Part shown: positions 12,741 to 24,872 of the stretch, one piece after another
How the letters are laid out: every line of letters starts with the position of its first letter
Numbering within the stretch: the stretch's first letter is position 1
From: Gnetum montanum
Taxonomy: Eukaryota; Plantae; Gnetophyta
Length of the DNA stretch: 64,000 nt
Reading direction: 5' to 3'
Assembly (NCBI GenBank): GCA_015680685.1
Contig: MNCI01003473.1
Location: 328,898-392,897, forward strand
Notes under the pieces: generated by a model
Seen by the model: only the letters and a program-made list of their open reading frames with translations
What the model was told of the DNA's origin: nothing
The model's database searches: none
Made by a program: the position numbers and the translations under genes

Positions 12741-13439
12741 TTTAATAAAACTTATCTTTTGTAGTTAAGAAATTATCATAGTAAAATTATTTTAAGATTG
12801 CTTGATTTTATATTTTGAAAATGCAGGTTCTCAAGGAGGGATTGGAAAATGCTTTTGTTGCTTTGCTATGGTTTTGCTTCTTCACTTCATTAAAGATATG
12901 ACTCTAGCTACCAAATTTGAATTGCATGAGATTACTATACAACTAAAAGCCCTAGTTGAATGAAAAAAATGCAATGGAAGATGACAATAAAATTTTATTC
13001 AATATTAGAAAATGATCTCTAAATGGATGAATGAACAAAAAGAAAAAATAAAATTAAAAGTTACACATAAAAGAACAAGCAATAGGAATGAATCAACATA
13101 ATAACTTTGAAAAAATCATCAATACCATAAACATCATAGCTACAAATTGGAAAGTAGCTACAAATTGGAAGGCTATGCTTAATCAACCTAAAATTGTCAT
13201 GGTACATTAACAAATCATGGTAGAGAATATGTTACAGAGAAAAAAAAACAATGCTTGAAACTTTGAACTTTGAATAAAAGCAAGAAACTATATGATTGTC
13301 AAGCAATTACGATGTTGAATGTTCAACAATATACAACTGGCATAAACAACAAATCAGTATGGAAAAAATGTGAATGCTTGGATGTTGAATGTTACAAAAA
13401 GATATAAATTATATAATACAAACATTTAAGGAAGACTTG

Positions 13440-13650
13440 GAATGACTTCTATTTTAAATAAGCTACAAGAATGGTGTCTTAGATGGTTTGGACATGTGCA
13501 AAGAAGATTAGATAATGAGCCTATAAGAAAAGGTTACTCCATCAATGTTCCAAGAAAGCCACTAAAAGATAGACTAATTGAAAAAATGATTAAAAAAATT
13601 GAAAGATATTGCAAATAAGTAAAGATATAGATCTTCATAAGGGCAAAAAA
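13440..13650 (+). mobile_element. 5'-truncated RTE-clade non-LTR retrotransposon 3' fragment
   Basis: Encodes KLQEWCLRWFGHVQRR, the RTE C-terminal RLRWFGHVxRR motif. Similar to 20290-20550. Confidence 0.75.
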
Positions 13651-13654
13651 TCCT

Positions 13655-13673
13655 ACACACACACACACACACA
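13655..13673. repeat. (AC)n microsatellite
   Basis: Direct reading of the sequence. Confidence 0.9.
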
Positions 13674-13729
13674 TTCATGTCAATTATGTTGTTGAGGTGT
13701 AGTCCATCTTTGAGTCCTAAAATAGTTCT

Positions 13730-16700
13730 TGGTGGAGGGACACCTTTTTTGATCCCTTTGTTTTCTTCTCTATGTGTGATTTTTTAAGGTTTTGAGCTCT
13801 ATAGAGACATATTGGACATCAAAAAGATGTCTTGCCTGAGATCTAGGCTCTTAGAGGAGATGTCTCAAAATTTCAAGAGACATTTGGGATGTTTGATAGT
13901 CATCTCGAGTGAGAGATCTCAATGAATGCTAATGTCTTAACAATAGTGAAGACATCTTAGGCTAGAATGAGACATCTCACTTAGAAGTCTAGTTTGTTAG
14001 CAAGATATCAAAGGGAGCTAAGTGATGACCCAAATGAGCAAGAAAACTTCTAAAATTACCATTCCAATTTGAGAAATAGTTGGGAGAAGATGGAAAAATA
14101 TGAAAAACAACTGAAGATTCTTAGGTTGAATTAGGGAAATTTTTCTAGGTATCTTTTCTTCTCTTTACCAATAAATATTAGTGTGTTCCATGCTTGTATG
14201 ACCATGACATAAGAGAAGATGATAATGAGATGTCATGAAAGTTCATGTATTGAGCTTGAGCAAGAGTATGACAAAGTACATTGAATGAGTGCATACAGAT
14301 TGCAACATCAAGATTAATTATGTGGTGTATTGGCCTATGTGTTCTTGTGTCTTGCTGGTGTGTTGGGTGCTCAATCACAAGTTGTGAAAGAAATTCTCTA
14401 TTAGTTGTGTCTTGCATTGAGAGAAGCCATTATGTGGTTGTAAAGCCTCATGCTCTACAGCATTGTTTGAGTGTTTTGAAAGGTTGTTGGATGTTTTGTG
14501 ATTTTTGGAACCCTAATGTAATCTTCATTCAATAATTGAAGATAGTTAGTTTTCTTGTTTTCTAGTATATCATTTATCTTTTCATAATATCTAAATTTAG
14601 TAGGATTGAAGGTGATTTTCCCTTTAAGTGAAACTGCTCTAGCTTATTATTAGTATCCAAGATTTAGATTGATTGTTACTTGAACTTGGTTGCAGATATT
14701 GTTAAATTTAGATGGTGTAAAAAATATAGGTACAAGCCTTGAATAGAGACATGGAGAGCATGAAGTCTACCTTCCAACTAATGATTTCTTTGTTGGATGA
14801 AATCAATGCAAAGGTAGATAGGAATGTAAATCCTATCCATATGCTGACATGTAGAGATGATGAGCTTTCATGTTTAGATGGTGATGAAGAAGTTTCTTAG
14901 CCAAGTGGAGGGAATGATGAGGAAGGACAATCCAGACATGGAAGTGTTGGAACCCATCAGCCAAGGCTTCAATTAGGAGGGAATCCTATTCCTCATATGA
15001 GGATTCCAAGAGCTCCATTATCAGCCTCTACTTCTTTCCATGATAAGTTTGATGAGAAGGATGAAGCAAGGCTTGCTAAAGCATTTTGTAATGCTGCAAG
15101 ACTTCATACATTAAGTTGAAGACTTTCAATGGTGTAGATGGTACCAATACTTTTTCAAGTTGGTTGAATGCACTTGACAAGCACTTTGAGTTGGAACAAG
15201 TACCAAATCACTTGAGGGCACCTATTACTAATCCATATTAAAAGGTATGGCTTCTACTTGGTGGGAAAAGGAGATCCAAGGTTATGAAAGATAAAATGGT
15301 CAATCCATCAAAGATTAGAATCTGATGAAATACAGGTTAAGAAGAAAATTTAAATAGTCTTGTCAAAGGCAAGAAACAATCATAAAGTTGAAATTCCTAA
15401 AGCAAGATGACAAAAATGTCAAAGAATTCTATGTTGAATTTTGTGATCTTTTCCATCATGCTAAACTAAACTGGGAGGATTATGAATAAGCTTCAATCTT
15501 TCTAGGAGGTCTTAAAATGGTGTACCAATAGGAGTTGTCTTTTTATTAGCCATAAACTCTTGATGAGGCTTATGATTTGACACTTAAGGTAGAAAAGAAA
15601 CTAAGTAGATTCAAAAATAGGAGCAAACAAACTTCTAAGGAAAAGAATCAAGGATCCAAATAAAAGAAGGAATCCAAGTTCAAATCTAAAGACAAAGATG
15701 GTAGCCATGATAAAAAGATAAATAAGAGAGATGAGACTAGTAAAGCCAAGATGACCAAGGTAAAGGAACCAAGGATCAAGGCAACAGCTCATCCAAGATT
15801 CAATGCTTCAAGTGTTGACAATGTGGACACAAGCAATGGAAATGTTCACTTCTCAAGGCAAGCAATGGCAAGGATGTGCAAACCATGGAGGTGGAGGAGA
15901 CAACTGGCCAAGCTCTTGAAAGAGTTAATCCTAATGCTTTCAAGATTGAGGAAGTTTCTGAATTAAATTCTTGTGCATTCATGGGGAATGTCAATAGAGG
16001 AGACCATCCTCATAGAAAAATGTTATTTTGAATTGGAACTAAATATTTTCTTAGTGGGGAATGGATTCATTCTTTGATTGACAGGGAAGCCTAAGAAAAT
16101 GTTATTCCTTGTAGCAAAGTTGCTAGATTGGGTTTGGTAACTAATCCTCATCCTAGACATTATAAGAAGCATTGGATGTCTAGAGATTTTTCTTAAGAGA
16201 TGAGGGAACAATGTACTATGAAATTTAAAAGTAGAATTTTTCATGATGTTGTGAAGTATGATGTGCTTCCAATAGATTGTGCTAATGTAATTCTTGGTAG
16301 ACCTTGGAATTTTGACAATGGTGCTCAGTTTGATGGAGAAAAAAATGTATGGAATGTAGTTAGAGATCTGATAGAATCCATGAGTTGATTCCCATGACAG
16401 CTAAACAAGTGAGGCAGCAAAGCTTACTTAATGCATCCTCAATCCTTCTAGGAGAAAAGGAATGCATTAAGAAACTTGATGAAATAGGTTTTGGATTTGT
16501 TGTTGTATCAACATTTGCTTCTAACCATGGTGATGTGTAGGTTGAACTTCCAATAGGTGTGCTAGGCTTGAAGGAGAAATTTTCCAAGGTATTCAAGGGG
16601 GAATTGGATGGATTGCCATCAATAAGAAATGTATAGCATTAGATTGGTTTCATCCTTGATGCTACCATTCCAAACGAGAGCTTGCGGAATGACACCGAAT

Positions 16701-19700
16701 CAGTGGGCAGAAATGTAAAGGCAAGTAGAGGAGTTACTTGTAAATAGCCTCGTGAGGGAATTCATCTCACCTTGTGTAGTTCTAGCAATGCCAATGCCAA
16801 AGGAAAACAATGAATGGAAGATGTGCATTGATTCTAGGGTAGTGAATAAGATAATAATGAGGTACAAGTTTCCTATTCCAAGGATAGATGATATCCTTGA
16901 TTTTCTTACCAATGTAGAGAGTTTTAGCAAAATTGATTTGAACAATGATTACCATCAAATTAGAATTAGGCCTAGTGATGAATGGAAGGTAGCTTTCAAG
17001 ACACCAAATGGACTGTATGAGTGGTTGGTGATGTTATTCAAGCTCATGAATGCACTTGTTACATTCAAGAGGTTGGTGCATGATGTATTAAAGGGCTTGA
17101 TTGGTAAGTATTGTATTGCTTTATTTTTATTTTTATTTTGATGATATTTTATGATATAATTCTAATGAGGAAGAGCACTTGGATCACTTGTGGACGATCT
17201 ATCATAAATTGAAGAAGGCATAGTTAGTTATCAATATGAAGAAAAGTCATTTCTTCAAAAGGGAAATCACATATTTGGGACATGTGGTTTCTAAAAACCA
17301 AATTCAAATAAAAGCTACCAAGGTGAAGGCTATTAGGGATTGGCCAACTCTTAAGAATGTTGGAGAGGTGAGATCATTCCTTAGTTTAGTAGGTTTTTAT
17401 AGATGGTTCATCAAAAATTTCAATGGTATTTCTTAGTTGTGTTTGCTTTGTTAAAGGAGAATAAAGATTTCAAGTGAAATAATGAAACCCAAAGGAGCTT
17501 TAACTTGTTGAAAGCAAAAATTACCAATGAAGCGGTGCTTGCAATTCTAGATTTTCATAAAAAAATTTAGGTGGAGGTGGATGCAAGTGGACTTATCATT
17601 GGTAAGGTACTTTCACAAGAAGGTAGGCCTATTGCTTTCTTCCTTGAAAAGTTGAATGAGTCAAGGCAAAAATATAGCATATATGAGAAGTTGTATGCTA
17701 TCAAGCATTGGAGGCATTACTTGTTGCCCAAGGAGTTCACTTTGATGACAAACCACAAAGTACTATAATTTTTAAATTCCCAAAAGAAGTTGAGTGCAAA
17801 GCATATGAAGTGGATTGCACAATTGTAGGATTTTAATTTTTTGTTAAAACACAAAAGTGGAAAAGCCAATGTGGTAGTTAATGCATTGTCCAAGGTGCAT
17901 ATGGTGAATTTCAACACCCCTCATGTGAAAGATAAGGGGGATTTCATCAATTTGTATGAGCATGATGTTGATTTTGGGGAGGTTTGGAGAAGCCTCAAAG
18001 AATCATTGTTGAGTAGGATAGATCAATGGAGGGACTATCATATTCAAGATGGACTATTATTTAAAAATGGGAAGGTATGTATTTCTAATTGTGATATTAG
18101 AAAAAATATTTTGTTTGAAAAGCATTATAGTAGCATGGTAGATCACATGGGTAGGGATAAAACATTGGAACTTGTGGGCAGGCACTATTTTTGGCCTAGT
18201 ATGGCAACTAAAGTTTCAAGATTTGTGAAGGAATATTTGACTTATCAAAAATTCAAAGGAGGCAAAGGAGTGGATGGATATTATATGCCTTTGTCAATTC
18301 CCAAGGATTCATGGGAAAGTGTGTTTATGGATTTCATAAGTGGCATTTCAAAAACTAGTGGAAATGATGCTTTTTTTTTTTTTTGTTGTGGACAAGTTCT
18401 CCAAGATGGCACACTTCATTTTGCACAAAAAGGTGAGTGATGCTTCTTATGTGGCAAATTTGTTTTTTCAACATGTTGTAAAGTTGCATGGAATTCCTTT
18501 GAATTTTTTAGTGCATATCATCCATAATGTGATGTTCAAACGGAGGTGGTGAATAAATCCTTGCTAAACATATTGAGATGTTTGTGTGATAGATAGTCAA
18601 ATAGGAGGAAAACCTTATTGTGTCATGCTAAGTTTTTATACAATAATGTTTTTCATGTTGCCATTGACAAAAGCCCATTTGAGGTGAATTATGATTTTTG
18701 TCCTAAGATGGTGGAAACTTCAAAGAGCTTTGATGGTGAAGTTCAACTTAGTGTTGATTTTGTCAAGAGATGAGGGATCTCCATGCATAAGTGAAATCAA
18801 ATCTTGAAAAAAAGGTTGAAGAGAGAATCCTTAAGAGGAATGAGGACAAATAGAAAACAAATTTTGATGGTGGTCACTTGGTTTGGGTGCACTTCAAGAA
18901 GAAGCAATTAAGAGATATCAACTTATCCAAGTTAAAAGCCAAGAAGATGAGGTCTTTCAAACTAAGATCAAGATTATTGATAATGATTTTAAGATTGATT
19001 TACCAAACAATGTTGGTATGTCTTTTTTGTTTAATGGTTCAGATCTTGTGCACTATCATGAACCAATTAATGAGGAGACCATACAAGGCAACAACGATGA
19101 GTTGAAGAGGGCTATATATCAACCTAAGCATTCAATTAAAAGGAAAAGCTTTGGGCACTTAGGAAGTAAAGAGGCATGAGTACTTGATCCATTGGGAGGA
19201 TCAATCTGTTGATGATGTTGTATGAGTCCATGAGACCAAACTTCATGAGTGAAAAATCACTTCAACCCCTACTCCCTTGTTTACATGAGTTCACTTTTTG
19301 AAGGATGGAAGAGCTGGGGTAGCGACACCTCTTCCGATCCCTTTGTTTTCTTCCCTACTTGTCGTTTTTGTAGGTTTCAAGCTCTATGGAGATGTATTGG
19401 AAATTAGACAGACATCTTGCCCAATATTTGGGCTCTTTGATGAGATGTCTTAGAACTTCAAGAGATGTCTAGGATGTTTGATAAAGGTGAGATGTCTTAT
19501 AGGAGTATGAGATGTCTCAAGAAATACTTAGATGTCTCAATAATATTGGAGACAACTTAGGCCAGAATAAGATGTCTCACCTACAAGTTTGATTTGTGGG
19601 CAAGATGTCCTAGGAAAGTCAAAGATGATCCAAACAAGTGGGGAAACTTCCAAAATTGTCATTCCAATTTGGGAAACAACCAGGAGAAGATGGAAAAAGA

Positions 19701-20249
19701 TGGGAAATAGCTAAAAATCCTCAAGTTGAGTTGGGGAAAGATTTCTAGATATCTTGTCTACTCTTTACCAATAAAAATTGGTGTGTTCGATGCTTGTATG
19801 ACCATGACATGAGAGGAGATGACAATGAGATGTTATGGAAGTTCATGTGTTGATCGTGAGCAAAAGTGTGAGAGATTACATTGAGTGAGTGCATATAGAT
19901 TATAGCTCCAAGGTCAGTTGTGCAGTGTATTGGCCTATGTATTCTTGTGTCTTACTTATGTGTTGAAAGCTCAACCCCAGGTTATGGGAGAGATTCTCTT
20001 TTGGTTGTGTCTTGCATTAAGAACAACCATTGTGTAATTATAGAGCCTTATGCTCTATAGTATCATTTGAGTATTTTGAGAGGTTGTTAGATGTTTTGTG
20101 GGTTTTGAAACTTTGATGTAAGCTTCATTCAATAATTGAAAATAGCTAGTTTTCTTATTTTCTAACATATCATTTGTCTTTTCATAATATCTGAATTTAG
20201 TAGGATTGAAAGTGATTTTCCCTTGGAGTGAACCTACTCTACTCCTTTA
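13730..20249 (+). mobile_element. Full-length decayed Ty3/gypsy chromovirus, CRM-like
   Basis: LTR pair 13730-14649 and 19315-20249. Decayed PBS TAGTATCCAAGA at ~14651. Purine tract before 19315. Pol motifs [67 protein letters not shown], and chromodomain-like EYLIHWED at ~19180. No convincing TSD. Confidence 0.88.
15100..19260 (+). pseudogene. Frameshifted gag-pol (PR-RT-RH-INT-chromodomain) of the CRM-like element
   Basis: ORF fragments 16200-16388, 16752-17141, 17236-17436, 17571-17768, 17841-18440 and 18340-18552 fall in gypsy domain order. Confidence 0.9.
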
Positions 20250-20289
20250 GACTCCATGTGATATGTAGTGCTTGTCAAAGTGATGGCAT

Positions 20290-20550
20290 AACACAAATAA
20301 GCTATAAAAATTGTATCTTCAATGGTTTAGACATGTCCAAGAGGGTCAAATAATGGGCCTCTCAAAAAAGGTTGTCACATTATAGTTTTAGGGAAGCTGT
20401 TGAAAAAAAGATAAGGAAAAAAATTAAAGATGATATGGAAAAATGCAAATAGATAAAAGATTTAGTTCTCAATAAAAGTGAATCACGAAAGAGAACGTGT
20501 GTAGCCAGCCCCATTTAATTAGAACAAGGCTAAGATGATAATTGATGAAT
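20290..20550 (+). mobile_element. RTE-clade 3' end fragment
   Basis: LQWFRHVQ motif followed by a plant RTE-like 3' terminus GTAGCCAGCCCC...AAGGCTAAGATGAT. Confidence 0.7.
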
Positions 20551-20739
20551 AGTTATTATTATAAAGCTATAAGCATTAAAATGTTTGCAAGGACTTAAAT
20601 AGTTCACAAAAGTTCAACATATAAGCCAAGTACATAGTTGATGATGTGAACACTATAAAAGAAAAATAATAAACTTTAAATCTTTTGCTAGTATTTTCAT
20701 GAAACAACCTCTCCCAACAACCTCTCCCTATTTGTTACT

Positions 20740-21250
20740 CTCCTAGTAATCATAGTTATTTGATTTGTCTCAAATATTTGGCCCATTTTCTTGTTCTAGC
20801 ATTTAGAAATTTCTATTTAACAAAAGGAGATAAGCATTTTATTTCATACGAGATCTTAATTAGGTATCACCATTTGCTTTTGCAATTTCACCATGATATT
20901 AGAGCCTTTTCTATGTTAAACTATAGATGCAAGTTTAAAGAAAAGTTTAAAAATGTCTTGATACAATCATTTTTGAAGAGAAGAAGTTTAAAGGCTTTTA
21001 TGTTTGACCCACTAATTCATTGATTGCCTCTATTAGGTTATTAAGTTATAAGTACTAGGGATGAGTTTTAATTATCTACATGGAAGATGAGACTTTTATT
21101 AATCCTAAACACCAATAAGTTGAACTACTACTTTTTGTGAAAACTTGGTATAAACATTTTTAGAATTAGAAATTAATGAAAGCCAATAAGATAGCAAAGT
21201 TGCATCTTATTTTGCACACCTTAAATAGTGTTTTCTTTTTATTTTCTTAA
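20740..21250 (+). mobile_element. Possible highly decayed LINE RT fragment
   Basis: HLLLQFHHD resembles the HLQFADD motif; the surrounding context is only loosely LINE-like. Confidence 0.3.
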
Positions 21251-22562
21251 GAAAAATACATCGACAGAATGCGGAGAAAGTTGAAGGAGCTATATAAGAC
21301 TATAAATTAAACCAAAGTATATAGCCTTCAACCAAGGTTGCACAATCTTCAAATTGCAAGTGAACAATGTCCTCCTTACAACATGCAAGCAATATTAGAT
21401 GTCAAAGGATGTGGATATGATTCTAACATCTTAAAAGGCACTATCTTGAAGGCACCAAACCCTATGTACGGAATTTTAAAAGATTCTTACAACTTCAAAA
21501 TAGAAGTTGAACTTTTCAACATTTAAGTAACCTACTTAAGCAAAAAGAAGCAAAGTAAATGGCTACCACGTATGTTTTTAGGAAGATAAGTAAAAAGGAA
21601 GATATTATTCTTTAAAAAAAAAAGGAAGGGAAAATATTCAAAAGAGAATTCTTTTTGTTTAAAGGATGTCATGACATAACGTTGTGTTGGCTGAATTCAA
21701 AGAAAAAGATTTAGAAGAATAACTTATTTAAAAAGTATGCTAAGAAGGGTTTTAAAAACACAACATGGGACCATTTTTAAGATCCATTTCTCAAAAATTA
21801 AGTTCGAGAAAGTAATATTTAACTTCAGAACCAACAACCAAAAAAGTACTCGAATGAAAACCATTTTTCATTTAGGATATAAGTTGGGCATGAACATAAT
21901 TCTTTACAGGAAGAGAATGGAAACAAAAAATAGAAGGCTATAAAATACAATGATAATTAGTATAGAAAAACTAAAATATTTTTGTGCAGGATGGGTATGT
22001 CCATATTGCCATTCATCTACGTGTCGTTAGCAATGATGTCTTACGTACTCCTCGATTTCCTAATAAAGTGAAACGAAGATAAAACAGAAAATAAAACTTT
22101 GGTTAATGTGAGCGGTGTCTAAGCCTTGACGAACAATACAACTGAAAAAAAAAAAACAAAAGTAGCACAGTGAATGAGTTCAGGATGAAATCAACTGTGT
22201 TCACCACAAAACAAGGAGACAAACTTGACTCAGACGTGAACAGTTACTATTTTCAATCTTCTGGGTATTGGCGGAGGATGAAATTGACTTAGACACAAAC
22301 ACTCACTATGTTATACCTCTTTGCTCATTCTAGGAATCCCTTATTTAAAGTTTTTTTAAAGGATTTATAAACTGTAATAAGAGATTATTGAACTTCTGTA
22401 AACTTTCCATAACTCACTGTAAAGATATACAGTTTTCGAACAGAACTAGAGAGGTCTGTCTTTATATTGAACTTTCAGGAACAAAAAAAAAGTAAGGCAC
22501 TGAACAGATCAAAGAAAACCTTGCTCAAACCAGAAAATGGCTGGTTCTAAGTTCCAGATCCA

Positions 22563-22952
22563 GTCTAAAAAAATTCCAACAGAAATTGCCAATGCAACAA
22601 ATTTAAAATGGTGAAAACCCGACTATGGTAGGTAAAACAAATTTAAAGCAGCTCAATGCTTTCAATACAGAGCAACAAATGAGAAGAATATTTAAATTAA
22701 AGGTTGAAAAACTGAATAATAGCAGGGAAATCAAAATTGAAGCAGCAAAACCCTGTATCTAAAAAAAAGGCTAATGGAAATTCCCAATGCAACAATTTTA
22801 AAATGCCGAGAAACTGACTAATGGCAAGGAAAACAAATATAAAGCAGCACAAAGCTTTAAATACAAAGCAGCAAATGAGTACGTACAACATTTGGATAAA
22901 ATGTTGGGAAACTGAATAACAATGTGGAAATCAAATTGAAGCAGCAAAACAC
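22563..22952. repeat. ~195-bp tandem duplication
   Basis: TCTAAAAAAA...GAAATT(G/C)CCAATGCAACAA...AAAGCAGC...AAACTGAATAA...GAAATCAAA(A)TTGAAGCAGCAAAAC occurs twice, at ~22563-22752 and ~22757-22952. Confidence 0.85.
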
Positions 22953-24872
22953 TTGAATTCAATTTCAGGGAATTCATGTACCAGATCTTTGTATCTTAAC
23001 ATAAATGGGTGGGCTTGAACCTATGCCCTATAGGAATAAGGTCAAGTTTCTCAAATCAATGGGCAACTGTTGGTACGGTACCAAACTAAACCTTTAAGGT
23101 AACATCCTTAAATAGACCGTATTGATGGTATCCAAGACCCATGATTGCTTGCCATTAGAAAGTCATAGAAAAGCAGTATGTCCTTCGATAATGTGCAATC
23201 AACAGGCCACAGAACAACGTTACCGAATCAAGAGCTAGTAATCAATCTTGCAGTGGTAACAACTGTTTGTGTACCCCAAACCTCCGACAACAAAAAGAAT
23301 ATGATGCCAATATATATCATCATAACATACAAGCAGAACAAAGCTTAGAATTTCAGCTAAGGTCTTATTTACCAGGTAGACTGTCTTATCAGCAACAAAC
23401 TCCTATGGTCTGCCTCTGTTTATTATAATTAAGATGCAAATCATCCAGATTTCATAAAAACATGTCATTTTGTATTGCGGTATGAAGCAATATCGAAAAT
23501 ATTAAATTAGCCATTCTAAAACACAGGTAAATCTGGATAGCAGAATATCAGTGAGCAATGCAGTCACATTCATGGCAACAAAACACAAAATTGCATCAAT
23601 GATTTTTACAAGAAAATGATAATAGTCCAGATCAATGTGGATTCTTCAATTTCAACTAATTTCTAAAGAACTAATGGGGAAGACTAGTCAATTTGGTTCT
23701 ATGCTTAATCAAAAACAAAAAAATAAAGATACAATTAGCATTGTCAGTCTGTCAGTTTTTTGAAAAGAAACTGAAAATTTTCAAAAAGCAATCTTTGTCA
23801 TTCAAGAGAAAGTGAATACAGAGCTAGTAAACAGTAGTTTTTAAGCTCTTTTTTCCCAAGGCATTTTGCCATTTTCAAAAATGACAAACCCAAAATTCCC
23901 GGTTTAGCTATCAGGTGATATGGGGAGTGAATATATAAATTTTGATACAAGATTCAAAGAAAAGCTCCGCATCTATAGGTAAAAATAAAGTTCCCAGGGA
24001 GTAATATCTGAAAACAGGGCATCAAACATTTCCTTTAGAACATCACAATTACCATGTATCCACCCAACGCAATATCTTGCTTACAAAAAATACAGTCCTC
24101 TTCTAGTATTCAACTGCATCGTGTAAGAGCTGCTAAATGCAATCTTTTAAAACCCTATAAACTTTCGAATTTCAAGCAAGATTTAAACCATTGTATTAAT
24201 TGGAATATTATTGTAATCATATGGGGCTCAATACTTTCTTTTGGTCGTTTAGAGTTGTCTTCTAACCAGTTAGATTTTTAAAAAGTGCATGCTGAAGAAT
24301 TTATATGCCCGACAATTCATTCCAAATTGCAAGTTGATATGCAAATTCCATATGTATCACAAGGAGGGGAATCAATCAACTAGTTACCTGTTCAAAAAGA
24401 TACTTGACTACATAGAGAGGACAACTGAGGCATTAAAACATGCCAACCAGGAAAACCTAGAAAATCATTTGATTCTAAGGAAATCACCGTTTGGAAGGAC
24501 CGGTAAATTTGCAACTACACTACTACCCATATGAATCAAAACATTCATTCATTTAAGAAACGAAAACAATCAGAAATAAAGAAAAACTATAACACCTTCG
24601 GCAAATGTTGCCCTTCAGCAAAATCCAAGATTCCGTTTCATTGTTGAATTGAGTTTTCAAAATCAAAAGGAGAAAACACCGTCTGCATGAAATTAAACTA
24701 ATTCAGCTTCTAAAGCAATGCAGAGAGAATGCTCAGCAAAGCTACATAAATAGATCTTAACAATAAAACAAACATGAGCAAATTTCATTAATAACCCACA
24801 AAATGCCAGACAGTGAAACCCCATAATGATAAGAGAGAGAGAGAGAAATAAAAAAGAGGGGTGGGCAGTATA

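Noticed and set aside
13725-20254. TSDs for the CRM-like element (and for the Sirevirus-like element at 29716/36008)
   Set aside because: Flanks GTTCT/GACTC and GAGCT/AAAAT do not match well enough to claim.
23000-23080. Minus-strand B-box-like GGTTCAAGCCC (possible second SINE or tRNA relic)
   Set aside because: Single weak copy with a poor A box and no second copy seen in the window.
23150-23330. Minus-strand ATGATGA as a possible snoRNA C box
   Set aside because: No CTGA D box at a suitable distance and no terminal stem.
24054-24534. Two short + strand ORFs near the gene
   Set aside because: No recognisable domain or supporting gene structure.
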